From Candidatus Magasanikbacteria bacterium RIFCSPHIGHO2_01_FULL_33_34 (GTDB taxonomy: Bacteria; Patescibacteriota; Patescibacteriia; Magasanikbacterales; UBA922), in NCBI GenBank assembly GCA_001782825.1, contig MFPS01000008.1, positions 137,012 to 201,011 of the forward strand: a DNA stretch of 64,000 bases, read 5' to 3'. The notes beneath the pieces were generated by a model. The model worked only from the letters and a program-made list of their open reading frames with translations, did not search any database and was not told where the DNA came from. The first letter of the stretch is position 1. The number at the start of each line of letters is the position of its first letter. Positions 29,718-40,652 of the stretch are shown piece by piece. The position numbers and the translations under genes are program-made.

Positions 29718-29821
29718 TACACATATAACAGATTTATAGGATAAATTTTATTTATCATTATTAAAAAATATGTTATACTTAATTAACTTAATTTATTAAT
29801 ATTAAAATAATTTATTTATAT

Positions 29822-31573
29822 ATGAAATCGACTTTGATAAAGAAGACGAAAAAAATGGTGAATTTCACGCCAAATATGGAGAACTATAATAGTATATATA
29901 ATAATCATACACTTGCTGAAGCTAAAAAAGATATAGATTTTTTTAAAGGCAAAATCAATGCAGCTTATAATGCGATTGAAAGACATGCTAATAGTTGGAG
30001 AAAAAATAAGATTGCTTTATATTGGATTGGTGCTGAAGGCGAAACGATAAATTATACTTTTCGTGAGTTAAATGAGCTTTCAAATCAATTTGCAAATTCT
30101 TTACATAGTCTAAAAGTAGTGAAAGGAGACAGAGTCTTTTTCTTTTTAACTAGATTACCACAATTATATTATGGGTTTTTGGGTACCTTAAAAACAGGCG
30201 CAATATCTGGTACTATGTTTGCGGCTTTTGGTCCACAAGCAATTGAAGATAGATTGGGCAATAGTTCAGCAAAAGTAGTGGTTACAGAACTACAATTGTT
30301 CGAACGAATTGCTAGTGTTGCTCCTAAGTTACCACATTTAAAAGTAATTTTGGTAGTGGGGGATCCAAAGAAAGTCGCAAAACTTAAAGTTCCTGGTAAA
30401 AAAGTTATAGCCCTTGATGAACTTTCTGCACAACAATCAAAAGAATACAAAACACTTATGATGAAACCAGATGATCCAGCATTTATGTTGTATACTTCTG
30501 GTACTACTGGTAAACCAAAAGGTGTTGTCCATGCGCACAAAGCTATTATTCATGAACATCTGAGTGCCAAGTATGTATTGGATATCAAAGATGAGGATGT
30601 ATATTGGTGTACCGCTGATCCGGGTTGGGTGACTGGTGTTGCCTATGAAATATTAGGTTCTTGGAGTAATGGTGCTACAGAAGTAATTACAAATGGTAAA
30701 TTTAGCCCAGAAGAGTGGTATAAAATTATTCAAGATTATAAAGTAACAATATGGTATACTGCACCGACAGCTATTCGTATGTTACAAGCATCTGGTGATA
30801 AGTTAGTAAAAAAATATGATTTGTCATCACTTCGTTATTTAGCAAGTGTTGGTGAACCATTAAACCCAGAACCTATCCGTTGGGGACTAAAAGTATTTGG
30901 ATTGCCTTTTCATGACAATTGGTGGCAAACTGAAACTGGTGGTATACTGATAGCAAATTATGCTTGTATGGATATAAAACCAGGTTCAATGGGTAAGCCT
31001 CTTCCTGGTATTACTGCAGAAATTGTGAGTGATAGCGGACAAGTTTTGGGACCAAACAAAGAAGGAAACTTATCCATTAAACCAGGCTGGCCTTCTATGA
31101 TGCAAAAGATATGGATGCGACCAAACAAATACAAATCATATTTTGAACATGGTTGGTATATTTCAGGTGATCGAGCTTTTCGTGACAAAGATGGTTACTT
31201 TTGGTTTATTGGTCGGGCTGATGATGTTATTAAAACATCCGGAGAAAGGGTTGGTCCATTTGAAGTAGAATCAGCTCTTGTAGAACATCCAAGCTGTATT
31301 GAGGCGGGTGTAATTGGCAAACCAGATCCTTTGCGAGGTGAAATTATCAAAGCTTTTGTAAAATTAGCCCCAGGTTTTAAGGGTAGTGAAAATTTAAAAA
31401 AAGAATTACAAAAGTTTATAAAAAGGCATCTTGCGGGTCATGCTTATCCACGTGAGATAGAATTCGTAGACAAATTACCAAAAACTCGTTCAGGTAAAAT
31501 TATGAGACGATTGTTGAAAGCCAGAGAACTAGGATTACCAATTGGGGACACATCAACATTGGAAGAGTATTAA
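29822..31573 (+). CDS. acsA: Acetate--CoA ligase (AMP-forming acetyl-CoA synthetase)
   Basis: YTSGTTGKPKG, CTADPGW, SVGEPLN, WWQTETG, PKTRSGKIMRR. Confidence 0.92.
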   Translation: MKSTLIKKTKKMVNFTPNMENYNSIYNNHTLAEAKKDIDFFKGKINAAYNAIERHANSWRKNKIALYWIGAEGETINYTFRELNELSNQFANSLHSLKVVKGDRVFFFLTRLPQLYYGFLGTLKTGAISGTMFAAFGPQAIEDRLGNSSAKVVVTELQLFERIASVAPKLPHLKVILVVGDPKKVAKLKVPGKKVIALDELSAQQSKEYKTLMMKPDDPAFMLYTSGTTGKPKGVVHAHKAIIHEHLSAKYVLDIKDEDVYWCTADPGWVTGVAYEILGSWSNGATEVITNGKFSPEEWYKIIQDYKVTIWYTAPTAIRMLQASGDKLVKKYDLSSLRYLASVGEPLNPEPIRWGLKVFGLPFHDNWWQTETGGILIANYACMDIKPGSMGKPLPGITAEIVSDSGQVLGPNKEGNLSIKPGWPSMMQKIWMRPNKYKSYFEHGWYISGDRAFRDKDGYFWFIGRADDVIKTSGERVGPFEVESALVEHPSCIEAGVIGKPDPLRGEIIKAFVKLAPGFKGSENLKKELQKFIKRHLAGHAYPREIEFVDKLPKTRSGKIMRRLLKARELGLPIGDTSTLEEY

Positions 31574-31597
31574 AATTATTTGTTTATATTAAAATTT

Positions 31598-33376
31598 ATG
31601 GGTTGGTTTAATAAAAATAATAAAGCAGAAATTAAGATTAAAAAAAGCGAAGATACAGAAAAATTTATTTCTCCAAATTTCTGTTTTAAGATTGGTGGTG
31701 AAGCAGGTTTTGGTATTATGTCTGCTGGTGTAACTTTTTCAAAAATTGCCAGCCGTTCTGGTTATTATGTATTTGATTATGCAGAGTATCCATCTATAAT
31801 ACGCGGTGGCCACAATGTAATGCAAACATCAATTTCAAGTGAACCTATTCGTTCTCAACTTAGACATACAGATTTATTAGTTGCTTTAAATCAAGAAACA
31901 ATTGATTTGCACAAAGATGAGCTGTTAGAGAATTCTGGAATTATTTTTGATAATGAAAAAGATATGAAGTTGGAGGGTATTCCAAAAGGAGTATCAGAGT
32001 TTGGTATACCAATCAATAAAATTGCCAGAGACATTGGAGGTTCTGAAATAATGAGAAATACGGCTGCATTAGGAGCCGTAATGGCAGTTTTGGGTGGCAA
32101 AATAGGCCACCTTAAAGATTTGATAACAGAAGAATTTAGTAATAAAAAACCAGAAATTATAGAAAAAAATCATTTGGTTTGTCAAGCTGGATATGATTAT
32201 GCTCTTGAGCATTATAAAGATAAAGTAAAAAATGTTTTAAAACAAAAACCAAAATTACCATCTCAAATTGTTATCAGTGGTAGTGAGGCAGTAGCATTGG
32301 GCGCATTGACAGCTGGTTTACAATTTGTGGCAATTTATCCGATGACGCCTATTTCAGGAATATTACATGCATTAGCTCTATATCAAGAAGAATATAAATT
32401 TATATATAAACAACCAGAAGACGAAATCTGTGCCGTAAATATGGCAATTGGGGCGTCTTTTGCGGGTGCAAGAGCAATGACAGCTACTAGTGGTGGAGGT
32501 TTTTGTTTAATGGCTGAAGGATATGGTCTGGCTGGTATTTCTGAAACGCCGATTGTTATTATAGAAGGTATGCGTGGTGGACCAGCTACAGGATTACCTA
32601 CGTGGACTGAACAAGGGGATTTGAGATTTGTTTTGCATGCACATCAGAGTGAATTTCCAAGGATTGTATTGGCAGCAGGGGATATAGAGGAAGCCTATCA
32701 TTTTACTGCCAAAGCTTTTAATTTGGCAGACAAGTATCAAACTCCAGTTGTGGTATTAACAGACAAACAAATTAATGAAAGTCATATGGGTGTTAAGGCA
32801 TTTAATACTAGTGATTATAATATAGACAGGGGTAAAATGTTTTTGACAAAAGATGAAAATTATAAAAGATATGAATTAACTTCAGATGGAATATCACCAA
32901 GATCTATCCCTGGTGTAGGTAATCATTTTGTTGCTAACTCAGATGAACATACAGAGATTGGTTATTCCGATGAGGAGGCAAAAAATAGGCTTGAACAAAT
33001 GAATAAAAGAATGTCCAAGTTGGATACTTGCGCTAAGATGGATATGGAAAAACCAGTTTTGTATGGTCCAAACAAAGCTGATATTACAATAGTTTCTTGG
33101 GGGAGTAACAAAGGAGCAATTTTGGATGCAATAAAAGAATTTAATAATGTAAATTTTTTACATATTACTTGGATGAATCCTTTTCCTTCGGAAGTAGTCG
33201 GTAACATTTTGTCATCGGCAAAATTTGTATTAAATATTGAATGTAATTATACTGGACAAATGGCTAGTTTAATAAAAGAAAAAACTGGTTATGAGGTAAA
33301 TGAAAGTTTTCTCAAAATTGATGGTCGACCAATCTATGCGGAAGAAATAGTCGAAAAAATAAGAAAATTATTATAA
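31598..33376 (+). CDS. 2-oxoacid:ferredoxin oxidoreductase, gamma-alpha subunit
   Basis: GGEAGFG, IRGG, YPMTP, EDEI, TSGGG, GPATGLPT. ATG at 31598 preferred. Confidence 0.9.
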   Translation: MGWFNKNNKAEIKIKKSEDTEKFISPNFCFKIGGEAGFGIMSAGVTFSKIASRSGYYVFDYAEYPSIIRGGHNVMQTSISSEPIRSQLRHTDLLVALNQETIDLHKDELLENSGIIFDNEKDMKLEGIPKGVSEFGIPINKIARDIGGSEIMRNTAALGAVMAVLGGKIGHLKDLITEEFSNKKPEIIEKNHLVCQAGYDYALEHYKDKVKNVLKQKPKLPSQIVISGSEAVALGALTAGLQFVAIYPMTPISGILHALALYQEEYKFIYKQPEDEICAVNMAIGASFAGARAMTATSGGGFCLMAEGYGLAGISETPIVIIEGMRGGPATGLPTWTEQGDLRFVLHAHQSEFPRIVLAAGDIEEAYHFTAKAFNLADKYQTPVVVLTDKQINESHMGVKAFNTSDYNIDRGKMFLTKDENYKRYELTSDGISPRSIPGVGNHFVANSDEHTEIGYSDEEAKNRLEQMNKRMSKLDTCAKMDMEKPVLYGPNKADITIVSWGSNKGAILDAIKEFNNVNFLHITWMNPFPSEVVGNILSSAKFVLNIECNYTGQMASLIKEKTGYEVNESFLKIDGRPIYAEEIVEKIRKLL

Positions 33377-33381
33377 CGTTT

Positions 33382-34236
33382 ATGACATTAAAAAAAGATT
33401 TAAAAACTCCAATTGATATAAACTGGTGCCCAGGATGTGGAAATTTTGGTATTTGGAAAGCTTTTAGTGATGCTGCGGTAGAAAAAGGCTGGGATAATAC
33501 AAATACTGTTTTAGCTGCGGGCATTGGTTGTCATGGTCATATAGTAAATTTCATAAAATTGACTTCATTTGAAGGTCTGCATGGTAGAGCTATACCTTTG
33601 GCCTGTGGTATTAAGATGGCAAATAGCAGGTTGAATGTTTTTGTTTTTACTGGAGACGGGGATTGTTTAGCTGAAGGTGGAAATCATTTTATCAATGGTG
33701 CTAGGCGAAATCATGATATTACTATAATACTTCACGATAATGCAATCTATGGTTTGACTACTGGTCAAGCATCTCCAAGATCACCAAAAAATAAAAAAAC
33801 AAAATCAACACCAGATGGAAATCATGATGAACCAATTGATCCACTCAGATTAGCCCTCTCTGCTGGAGCTACTTTTCTTGGTAGAGTTTATGCTGGGCAA
33901 CCAAAGGAATTAAAAGAAATGATGATTGCTGCTAATGAGCACAAGGGATTTTCAGTAGTACAAATTTTACAACCATGTGTGACTTTTGATAAATTATATA
34001 CTCATCAATATTTTAGAGAAAATATATATCAACTTGGTAATGATTATGATTTCACTAGCAGAGAAGCTGCTTTTGCAAAAACCTTTGAATGGGGAGAAAA
34101 AAAGATTCCAGTAGGCATATTTTACAAAGTTGATGAACCGACCAATGAAAGTCAAATTTCACAGATACAGCAAAAACCATTGATAAAACTACCTTTAAAA
34201 CGTAATTTGAGTAAATTACTTGCAAAATACAAATAG
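33382..34236 (+). CDS. 2-oxoacid:ferredoxin oxidoreductase, beta subunit
   Basis: WCPGCG, GIGC, HGRA, TPP-binding GDGD...DN, QPC. Confidence 0.92.
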   Translation: MTLKKDLKTPIDINWCPGCGNFGIWKAFSDAAVEKGWDNTNTVLAAGIGCHGHIVNFIKLTSFEGLHGRAIPLACGIKMANSRLNVFVFTGDGDCLAEGGNHFINGARRNHDITIILHDNAIYGLTTGQASPRSPKNKKTKSTPDGNHDEPIDPLRLALSAGATFLGRVYAGQPKELKEMMIAANEHKGFSVVQILQPCVTFDKLYTHQYFRENIYQLGNDYDFTSREAAFAKTFEWGEKKIPVGIFYKVDEPTNESQISQIQQKPLIKLPLKRNLSKLLAKYK

Positions 34237-34243
34237 TAATAAT

Positions 34244-34270
34244 AAAGAGTTCATTATTGGACTTTTTTAT
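34244..34270 (+). terminator. Probable intrinsic terminator
   Basis: AAAGAGTTCA-ttat-TGGACTTT stem with G-U pairs, then a T-run. Confidence 0.5.
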
Positions 34271-34328
34271 TATCCACAGGTTTTAAAGTATCTGATTATG
34301 ATGCTATACTTCTAAAATATATACCATT

Positions 34329-35093
34329 ATGGACTTATCATTATTATTGCCCGCATTTATTGCAGGGTTACTCACTTTTTTAGCACCATGCACTTTACCA
34401 CTTGTACCTGGTTTTTTGGGATTTATTAGTGGAGTATCAATAAAAGACTTTGAAAAAAAAGAAAGTCGAGTTGGCGCTAGAAGAAAAATTTTTATAAATG
34501 GATTTTTGTATGTTGTTGGTTTTACTATAGTTTTTGTTCTGTTAGGTTCGATCTTTGGGCTGGCTGGTTCAACTTTAGTTAAATATAGATTTTGGTTAGT
34601 AAAAATTGGTAGTATATTTATTATATTTTTTGGACTTTATTTGATGAGGGTATTTGATTTTAAATTTTTTGCATTTTTATCTCATGATAAAAGATTAAAT
34701 TTTAGTAGAATATTAATACCTGGTAAGCCATTAAGTTCATTATTATTTGGTATGGTGTTTGCTTTTGGTTGGACACCATGTGTTGGCCCTGTACTTGGCA
34801 GTATACTTTTTTTAGCTACAACTTCAGGTACAGTGCTACAAGGAGCTTTTATGCTATTTATTTTTTCACTTGGCCTAGCTATTCCATTTTTAATGATTGC
34901 ACTTGGTTTTGGACATGCTACAGAATACATAAAAAAAATAGCAAAATATCTTGGGATAATATCAAAAGTTGGTGGATTTCTCTTGGTTTTATTGGGTATA
35001 TTGTTGTTAACAGATAATGTTGGTATATGGATTGGTTATTTTTATGAGGTCTTTAGTTTTATAAATTATGAAGGTTTGTTAGATTATTTGTAA
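34329..35093 (+). CDS. ccdA: CcdA/DsbD-type disulfide membrane reductase
   Basis: FLAPCTLPL and WTPCVGP Cys motifs; six TM helices. Confidence 0.88.
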   Translation: MDLSLLLPAFIAGLLTFLAPCTLPLVPGFLGFISGVSIKDFEKKESRVGARRKIFINGFLYVVGFTIVFVLLGSIFGLAGSTLVKYRFWLVKIGSIFIIFFGLYLMRVFDFKFFAFLSHDKRLNFSRILIPGKPLSSLLFGMVFAFGWTPCVGPVLGSILFLATTSGTVLQGAFMLFIFSLGLAIPFLMIALGFGHATEYIKKIAKYLGIISKVGGFLLVLLGILLLTDNVGIWIGYFYEVFSFINYEGLLDYL

Positions 35094-35146
35094 TTTTAAA
35101 ATTAATAAAATTATGTTAAAATCTATTGATAAATTAATACAAAATT

Positions 35147-35728
35147 ATGTCTAGAGAAATAGTATTTGATATAGAAACAGTAGGGGATATTAAGAACTTT
35201 TCTTCCCTAAAGCCAACAGTTGTCTCAATTTATGAATATGAAAATGATTCGTATAGATCATTTAATGAAAATGAATTAAATTTATTGTGGCCAATATTAG
35301 AAAAAGCTGAAAGGATTATTGGTTATAATAGTGAACATTTTGATATACCAGTTTTGAATAAATATTATATGGGTGATTTGACTAGTATTCCTCACTTAGA
35401 CTTATTAAAAATAATTAAGGATATGTCTGGAAAAAGATATAAGCTTGATGATATTGCCCAAGCTACGCTTCAAATTAAAAAAAGTGCTGACGGGTTGCAA
35501 GCGATGAAATGGTATGAGGAAGGGAAAATTGATGAAATTAAAAAATATTGTGAACAAGATGTTAAAGTTACCAAAGAAATTTATGAATATGGCAAAAAAA
35601 ACAAAATGTTATATTATACAACTTTGACAGGCAATTTGATGCCAATTGCAGTAAACTTTGATAACTCAATCACATCTCAAAATCAAAATTCTAGCTCTAG
35701 TGGAGTAAATATGACTTTACCATTTTGA
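35147..35728 (+). CDS. RNase H-like (DEDD, YprB-like) exonuclease domain protein
   Basis: FDIET, GYNSEHFD, YCEQDV. Confidence 0.8.
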   Translation: MSREIVFDIETVGDIKNFSSLKPTVVSIYEYENDSYRSFNENELNLLWPILEKAERIIGYNSEHFDIPVLNKYYMGDLTSIPHLDLLKIIKDMSGKRYKLDDIAQATLQIKKSADGLQAMKWYEEGKIDEIKKYCEQDVKVTKEIYEYGKKNKMLYYTTLTGNLMPIAVNFDNSITSQNQNSSSSGVNMTLPF

Positions 35729-36424
35729 TTAAAAAGCTTCAAAATGAATATTTTCTTTTTCAATTGATAAATCACTTAGTATTTGCTTTATTTCAGTGAT
35801 CATTTTTATATTTCCACATATATAATAATGTGCAGTATTATTAATATGTTTCTGAATATAATCAGTAACACGTCCTTTGTTACCAGACCATTCTTCAGAG
35901 GGTTGGGATAATGTAAGTGTATAATCAAAATTATCAAATTTTTCTTTTAGTTTATCAAGTTCATTTGTAAAAAATATATCTTTATCATGTCTCAAACCAA
36001 ACAGTAGATGAATTTTTTCTTTGTAATTTTTGTTTATTAAAGAATCTTTTATTAAGCCAAATATTGGAGCCATGCCAACACCAGTTGCAACTAGAACTAA
36101 TGGTTTTTCTTCTTTTAATACAAATTTTCCAAATGGGCCAACTAAATCTATTTCATCACCAACCTTTACTTGGCGTAAATAATTTGATCCGACTCCTTCA
36201 GGTAACAACTTGATACAAAATTCAATATTATTTTCTTCTGGTGTAGAACATATAGAGTAGGATCTTTTGAGGAATTTTTCTGAATTTTCTGGGTTAGGGA
36301 TCATTATTTGAGAAAATTGGCCAGCTTTGTAATCAAAATTAGAAGGTTTTTCAACAACTAGACTTATAACATCATCAGTAATAAGACGTTTTTCAAGTAA
36401 TTTTACCTTGTATTGAGTGCTCAT
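35729..36424 (-). CDS. FAD/NAD(P)-binding oxidoreductase (ferredoxin-NADP reductase-like)
   Basis: AGQF, RSYS, GVGS, GPFG, TGVGMAP, YICG, C-terminal EAF. Confidence 0.88.
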   Translation of the reverse strand: MSTQYKVKLLEKRLITDDVISLVVEKPSNFDYKAGQFSQIMIPNPENSEKFLKRSYSICSTPEENNIEFCIKLLPEGVGSNYLRQVKVGDEIDLVGPFGKFVLKEEKPLVLVATGVGMAPIFGLIKDSLINKNYKEKIHLLFGLRHDKDIFFTNELDKLKEKFDNFDYTLTLSQPSEEWSGNKGRVTDYIQKHINNTAHYYICGNIKMITEIKQILSDLSIEKENIHFEAF

Positions 36425-36430
36425 AGAGTA

Positions 36431-36475
36431 TTGACATTGGAGTATTAATAGTATATCATACTGATTAAGTATGAT
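36431..36475 (+). promoter_or_regulatory. Promoter and inverted-repeat operator of the Rrf2/Fe-S operon
   Basis: TTGACA(36431)-17-TATCAT(36454); perfect 8-5-8 IR ATCATACT-gatta-AGTATGAT at 36455-36475. Confidence 0.6.
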
Positions 36476-36866
36476 TAAGATTTCAAAACAAACTGATTAC
36501 GCTCTTCAATTCTTGATTGAGCTGTCAAAAAATAAAAATGGAGAGTTGTTGGGTTTGAAAATGTTCTCTAATCAGAGTAACATATCTTTTTTATTTTTGC
36601 AAAAAATAGCCAAATCATTGCGAGAAGCTGATTTAATAATTTCTGCAAAAGGTAAAAAAGGTGGCTATAAACTTATTAAACCGATCAGTAGTATAAATTT
36701 GAAGGAGGTAATAGAAGCTGTTGAGGGACAATATGGAGTAGTCAATTGTACAAAAAGTTGCCATTGCGAACGTTCAAAAATATGTAATTTGAAAAATGGT
36801 TTAAATAAAGTAAATCAACAAATAACTCAATATATGGAGTCACTTAAAATTTCAGATTTGCACTAA
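36471..36866 (+). CDS. Rrf2-family (IscR-like) transcriptional regulator
   Basis: TDYAL, GKKGGY, EAVEG, C-terminal Cys cluster. Confidence 0.88.
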   Translation: MIKISKQTDYALQFLIELSKNKNGELLGLKMFSNQSNISFLFLQKIAKSLREADLIISAKGKKGGYKLIKPISSINLKEVIEAVEGQYGVVNCTKSCHCERSKICNLKNGLNKVNQQITQYMESLKISDLH

Positions 36867-36867
36867 T

Positions 36868-38067
36868 ATGTTTCCAAAATTACCAAAAATTAAAAAGTAT
36901 GTTTACTTAGATAATGCGGCTGCAACCAAAGTTGACTCAGGTTTTGTTAATAATTTTAAAAAATATAATATTGATAATTTTGAAAATCCGTCTGCCTTAT
37001 ATTCACAAGCGGTTAAAGTGCGAAAAGATATTGAAAGTTCAAGGAATAAAATTGCTAGCCTATTAAAAACTCAGTCAAATACAATAATATTTACAGGTAG
37101 TGGAACAGAGAGTATCAATCTTGGAATATTAGGATTTGCCAGAAAAAATATATCTATGGGCAAGCATATTATATCCACAAAAACTGAACATAGTGCAGTT
37201 TTAAAGTCACTTGAATTTCTTTCAAAAGAAGGTTTTGATATAACTTATTTGGATGTAGATAATAATGGTAAAATAAATATAGATCAATTAAAACAATCGA
37301 TTCAAAGGGATACTATTTTAATATCTATAATGTATGTTAATAATGAAATTGGTACAATAAATGACTTACCAGCTATTGGTAAAGAAATATTAAAATGGAG
37401 AAAAACTAATAATTCTCAATATCCATATTTTCATTCAGATGCATGTCAAGCAGGTGCATATTTAGATTTAAATGTTGAAAAATTACATGTTGATTTAATG
37501 TCATTAAATAGTAGTAAAGTTTATGGTCCAAAAGGCGTAGGTATGCTTTATAAACGCCGTGAAGTTGAAATTGAACCGATAATGTATGGTGGTGAACAAG
37601 AATATGGATTTCGTCCTGGTACTGAAAACAGTGCTGGGATTATTTCTTTTGCCGATGCATTAGTTATTGCGCAAAAGGATAAGGAGGAAAATATTAAAAA
37701 ATTATATAAATTACAAGATTATTTTTGGAATAAAATTAAGAGTAATATCAATGAAGTCGTATTGGTTGGATCTAAGTTTGGAAAAGATCGTATTGCAAAT
37801 AATTTGAATATAATATTTAAAGGTGTTGATGCGGATAGTTTGATTATATACCTAGATAAATATGGAATAGTTTGTTCTAGTGGTTCAGCTTGCACTACTG
37901 ATTCAGATGAGGCCTCTCATATAATTTTAGCCTGCGGTTTTAACAAAAATGAAGCAAAAAATGCCATAAGATTTTCTATGAGTAAATATACAACTAAGTC
38001 AGATATAGATTATGTAATGAAATATTTACCAAAGATAGTTAATAAATTAAGAAAAACAAATGTCTAA
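36868..38067 (+). CDS. Cysteine desulfurase, IscS/NifS type
   Basis: YLDNAATT, NPS, NNEIG, SSK PLP lysine, SSGSAC. Confidence 0.9.
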   Translation: MFPKLPKIKKYVYLDNAAATKVDSGFVNNFKKYNIDNFENPSALYSQAVKVRKDIESSRNKIASLLKTQSNTIIFTGSGTESINLGILGFARKNISMGKHIISTKTEHSAVLKSLEFLSKEGFDITYLDVDNNGKINIDQLKQSIQRDTILISIMYVNNEIGTINDLPAIGKEILKWRKTNNSQYPYFHSDACQAGAYLDLNVEKLHVDLMSLNSSKVYGPKGVGMLYKRREVEIEPIMYGGEQEYGFRPGTENSAGIISFADALVIAQKDKEENIKKLYKLQDYFWNKIKSNINEVVLVGSKFGKDRIANNLNIIFKGVDADSLIIYLDKYGIVCSSGSACTTDSDEASHIILACGFNKNEAKNAIRFSMSKYTTKSDIDYVMKYLPKIVNKLRKTNV

Positions 38068-39457
38068 ACAAATCAAAATTAATAGAAAATTATTTGATAA
38101 AGCTAATAAAGATTCATCAAAATATATTGCAAAACCAGGTCTTACAAGGGAGTTGGTGATTGAAATTTCAAAACAAAAAAAAGAACCAAAATGGATGTTA
38201 GACAAAAGACTTGAAGCTTATCAATTGTATATCAAAGCACCGATGCCAAATTGGGGACCAGATTTGAGTAAACTTAATCTTGATGAGATTGTATATTTTG
38301 TACGTCCTGATACCGAGGAAAAAACTACTTGGGAAGAAGTGCCTGAAGAAATCAAAAAAACTTTTGATAGATTAGGTATACCAGAAGCTGAAAAAAAATC
38401 ATTGGCTGGGGTAGGCGCACAATATGATAGTGATATAGTTTATCACAATCTTCAGACAAATCTCAAAAAACAAGGAGTTATATTTGAAAATATGGATGTG
38501 GCAGTTCAAAAGTATCCTGAACTTGTAAAAAAACATTTTATGACTAATTGTGTGCCAATTACCGATCATAAATTTGCTTCTCTGCATGCGGCTGTATGGT
38601 CTGGTGGAACATTTATATATATACCCAAAGGTATTAAAGTTGAACTGCCATTACAGGCCTATTTTAGGATGAATGCAGAAGCTGGTGGGCAATTTGAGCA
38701 TACTATGATAATAGTAGATGAAGGAGCTGATGTGGCTTATATTGAAGGTTGTTCAGCACCACGATATTCAAAAAATTCATTACATGCTGGGTGTGTTGAA
38801 ATTTTTGTAGGAAAAAATGCAAAGATGAAATATTTTTCTATAGAAAATTGGTCAAAAAATACTTATAACTTGAATACTAAACGAGCATTGGTAGAAAAAA
38901 ATGCTACTATGGAGTGGGTGAGTGGTAACCTTGGGTCAGGTGTTACTATGTTGTATCCTTGTTCAATATTGCGAGGTGAGGGTGCAAAAAGTGACAATCT
39001 TGGCATTGCATATTCAGGTGAAGGTCAAGATCAAGATATTGGAGCTAAAACAATTCATGTTGCACCAAATACCAGCTCTATAACAAAATCTAGATCAATT
39101 TCAGCTTATGGTGGACGATCTACATTTAGAGGTTTGGTCAAAATAAGTAAAAATGCAAAAAACTCTAAAGCCATAGTAATATGTGATGGTCTTTTGATGG
39201 ATGAAAAATCATCTTGTAATACTATTCCTTCAATGGATATATATAATAATGAAGTCGAAGCAGCCCATGAAGCTAGGGTTGGTAAAATAGGTGACGAAGA
39301 AATATTTTATTTGATGAGTAAAGGAATAAGTGAAGAAAGAGCTATACAGTTAATTGTAGCTGGTTTTATTGAGCCAATAGTTAAGGTTTTGCCATTTGAG
39401 TATGCACTGGAATTAAATAGACTAATTGAAATGGAAATGGAGGGAAGTATAATATGA
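38060..39457 (+). CDS. sufB: Fe-S cluster assembly protein SufB
   Basis: EPKWML, GVGAQYDS, GQFEHT, EGCSAP, HEA. Confidence 0.93.
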   Translation: MSKQIKINRKLFDKANKDSSKYIAKPGLTRELVIEISKQKKEPKWMLDKRLEAYQLYIKAPMPNWGPDLSKLNLDEIVYFVRPDTEEKTTWEEVPEEIKKTFDRLGIPEAEKKSLAGVGAQYDSDIVYHNLQTNLKKQGVIFENMDVAVQKYPELVKKHFMTNCVPITDHKFASLHAAVWSGGTFIYIPKGIKVELPLQAYFRMNAEAGGQFEHTMIIVDEGADVAYIEGCSAPRYSKNSLHAGCVEIFVGKNAKMKYFSIENWSKNTYNLNTKRALVEKNATMEWVSGNLGSGVTMLYPCSILRGEGAKSDNLGIAYSGEGQDQDIGAKTIHVAPNTSSITKSRSISAYGGRSTFRGLVKISKNAKNSKAIVICDGLLMDEKSSCNTIPSMDIYNNEVEAAHEARVGKIGDEEIFYLMSKGISEERAIQLIVAGFIEPIVKVLPFEYALELNRLIEMEMEGSII

Positions 39458-40650
39458 AGAATTTAAAACAAGATTTTCCAATCTTTAAAAATCAAAATAA
39501 TCTAGCTTATTTAGATAATTCGTCTACAACACAAATGTCAGAAGGGGTTGTAAAATCAATTAACAAATACAATACAGAATATAAAGCAAATATTCATCGT
39601 GGATTATATAAAATTAGTGAGCTTGCAACTCAAGAATATGAAAAGTCTAGATCAGTAGTAGCTAATTTTATCAATGCCAAAGATTCTGAAATTATTTTTA
39701 ATAGTGGAACAACATTTGGTATTAATCATTTAGCTTATTCACTTTGCAAAAATTTAAAATCAACTGATAATATTGTATTAACAATAATGGAACATCACGC
39801 TAATTTTGTTCCATGGCAACAGCTCAGTAAACAATATGGGTTTGAGATTCGCTTGATTGAACTTGATGATAATCTGGAACTGGATATTGAAAAGGCTAAA
39901 AAAATTATTGATAATAATACAAAAATAGTTTCATTTGTGCATATTTCAAATACCATTGGTACGATCAATCCTGCAAAAACAATTGTAAATATTGCTAATA
40001 AAGTTGGAGCAATTAGCATTATTGATGGAGCGCAATCTATAGCGCATATGAAAGTTGATGTAAAAGAGATTGATTGTGATTTCTTTGTATTTTCTGGCCA
40101 TAAAGTAGGTGGACCGACTGGTGTTGGTGTAATTTATGGAAAAAGTACTAGATTAGAAAAACTTGAACCATTTATTTATGGCGGATCAATGATAAACGAA
40201 GTTAACATAGATGAATCAGTCTGGAATGAAATCCCTTATAGATTTGAAGCTGGTACACCTAATATATCTGGAGTAATTGGACTTGGGAAAGCTTTGGAAT
40301 ATATTAATAAAATTGGTTTAGACAATATTATAAAATATGAACAAAGCTTGACCGAGTATGCAATAGCTAAACTTAATAAAATTGATAAGCTTAAAATAAT
40401 TGGTTCAAATAAAAATAGAGTAGGTATAATATCATGCCTTGTAGAAGGGTTACATCCACATGATATAGCGACTATCTTGGATAAAGATGGGGTTGCTGTT
40501 AGGGCTGGATTACATTGTACAGAACCATTAATGAATTATCTGCAAGTAAATGGTACAATTAGGGTTTCTTTTTGGGTATATAATGATAAGGATGATGTAG
40601 ATAGACTTGTCATGGGCATAAAAAAGGCAATTAAGCTGTTTAAAATATAA
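39454..40650 (+). CDS. sufS: Cysteine desulfurase, SufS type
   Basis: ANIHRG, EHHAN, SGHK, EAGTP, RAGLHC. Confidence 0.9.
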   Translation: MKNLKQDFPIFKNQNNLAYLDNSSTTQMSEGVVKSINKYNTEYKANIHRGLYKISELATQEYEKSRSVVANFINAKDSEIIFNSGTTFGINHLAYSLCKNLKSTDNIVLTIMEHHANFVPWQQLSKQYGFEIRLIELDDNLELDIEKAKKIIDNNTKIVSFVHISNTIGTINPAKTIVNIANKVGAISIIDGAQSIAHMKVDVKEIDCDFFVFSGHKVGGPTGVGVIYGKSTRLEKLEPFIYGGSMINEVNIDESVWNEIPYRFEAGTPNISGVIGLGKALEYINKIGLDNIIKYEQSLTEYAIAKLNKIDKLKIIGSNKNRVGIISCLVEGLHPHDIATILDKDGVAVRAGLHCTEPLMNYLQVNGTIRVSFWVYNDKDDVDRLVMGIKKAIKLFKI

Positions 40651-40652
40651 TT

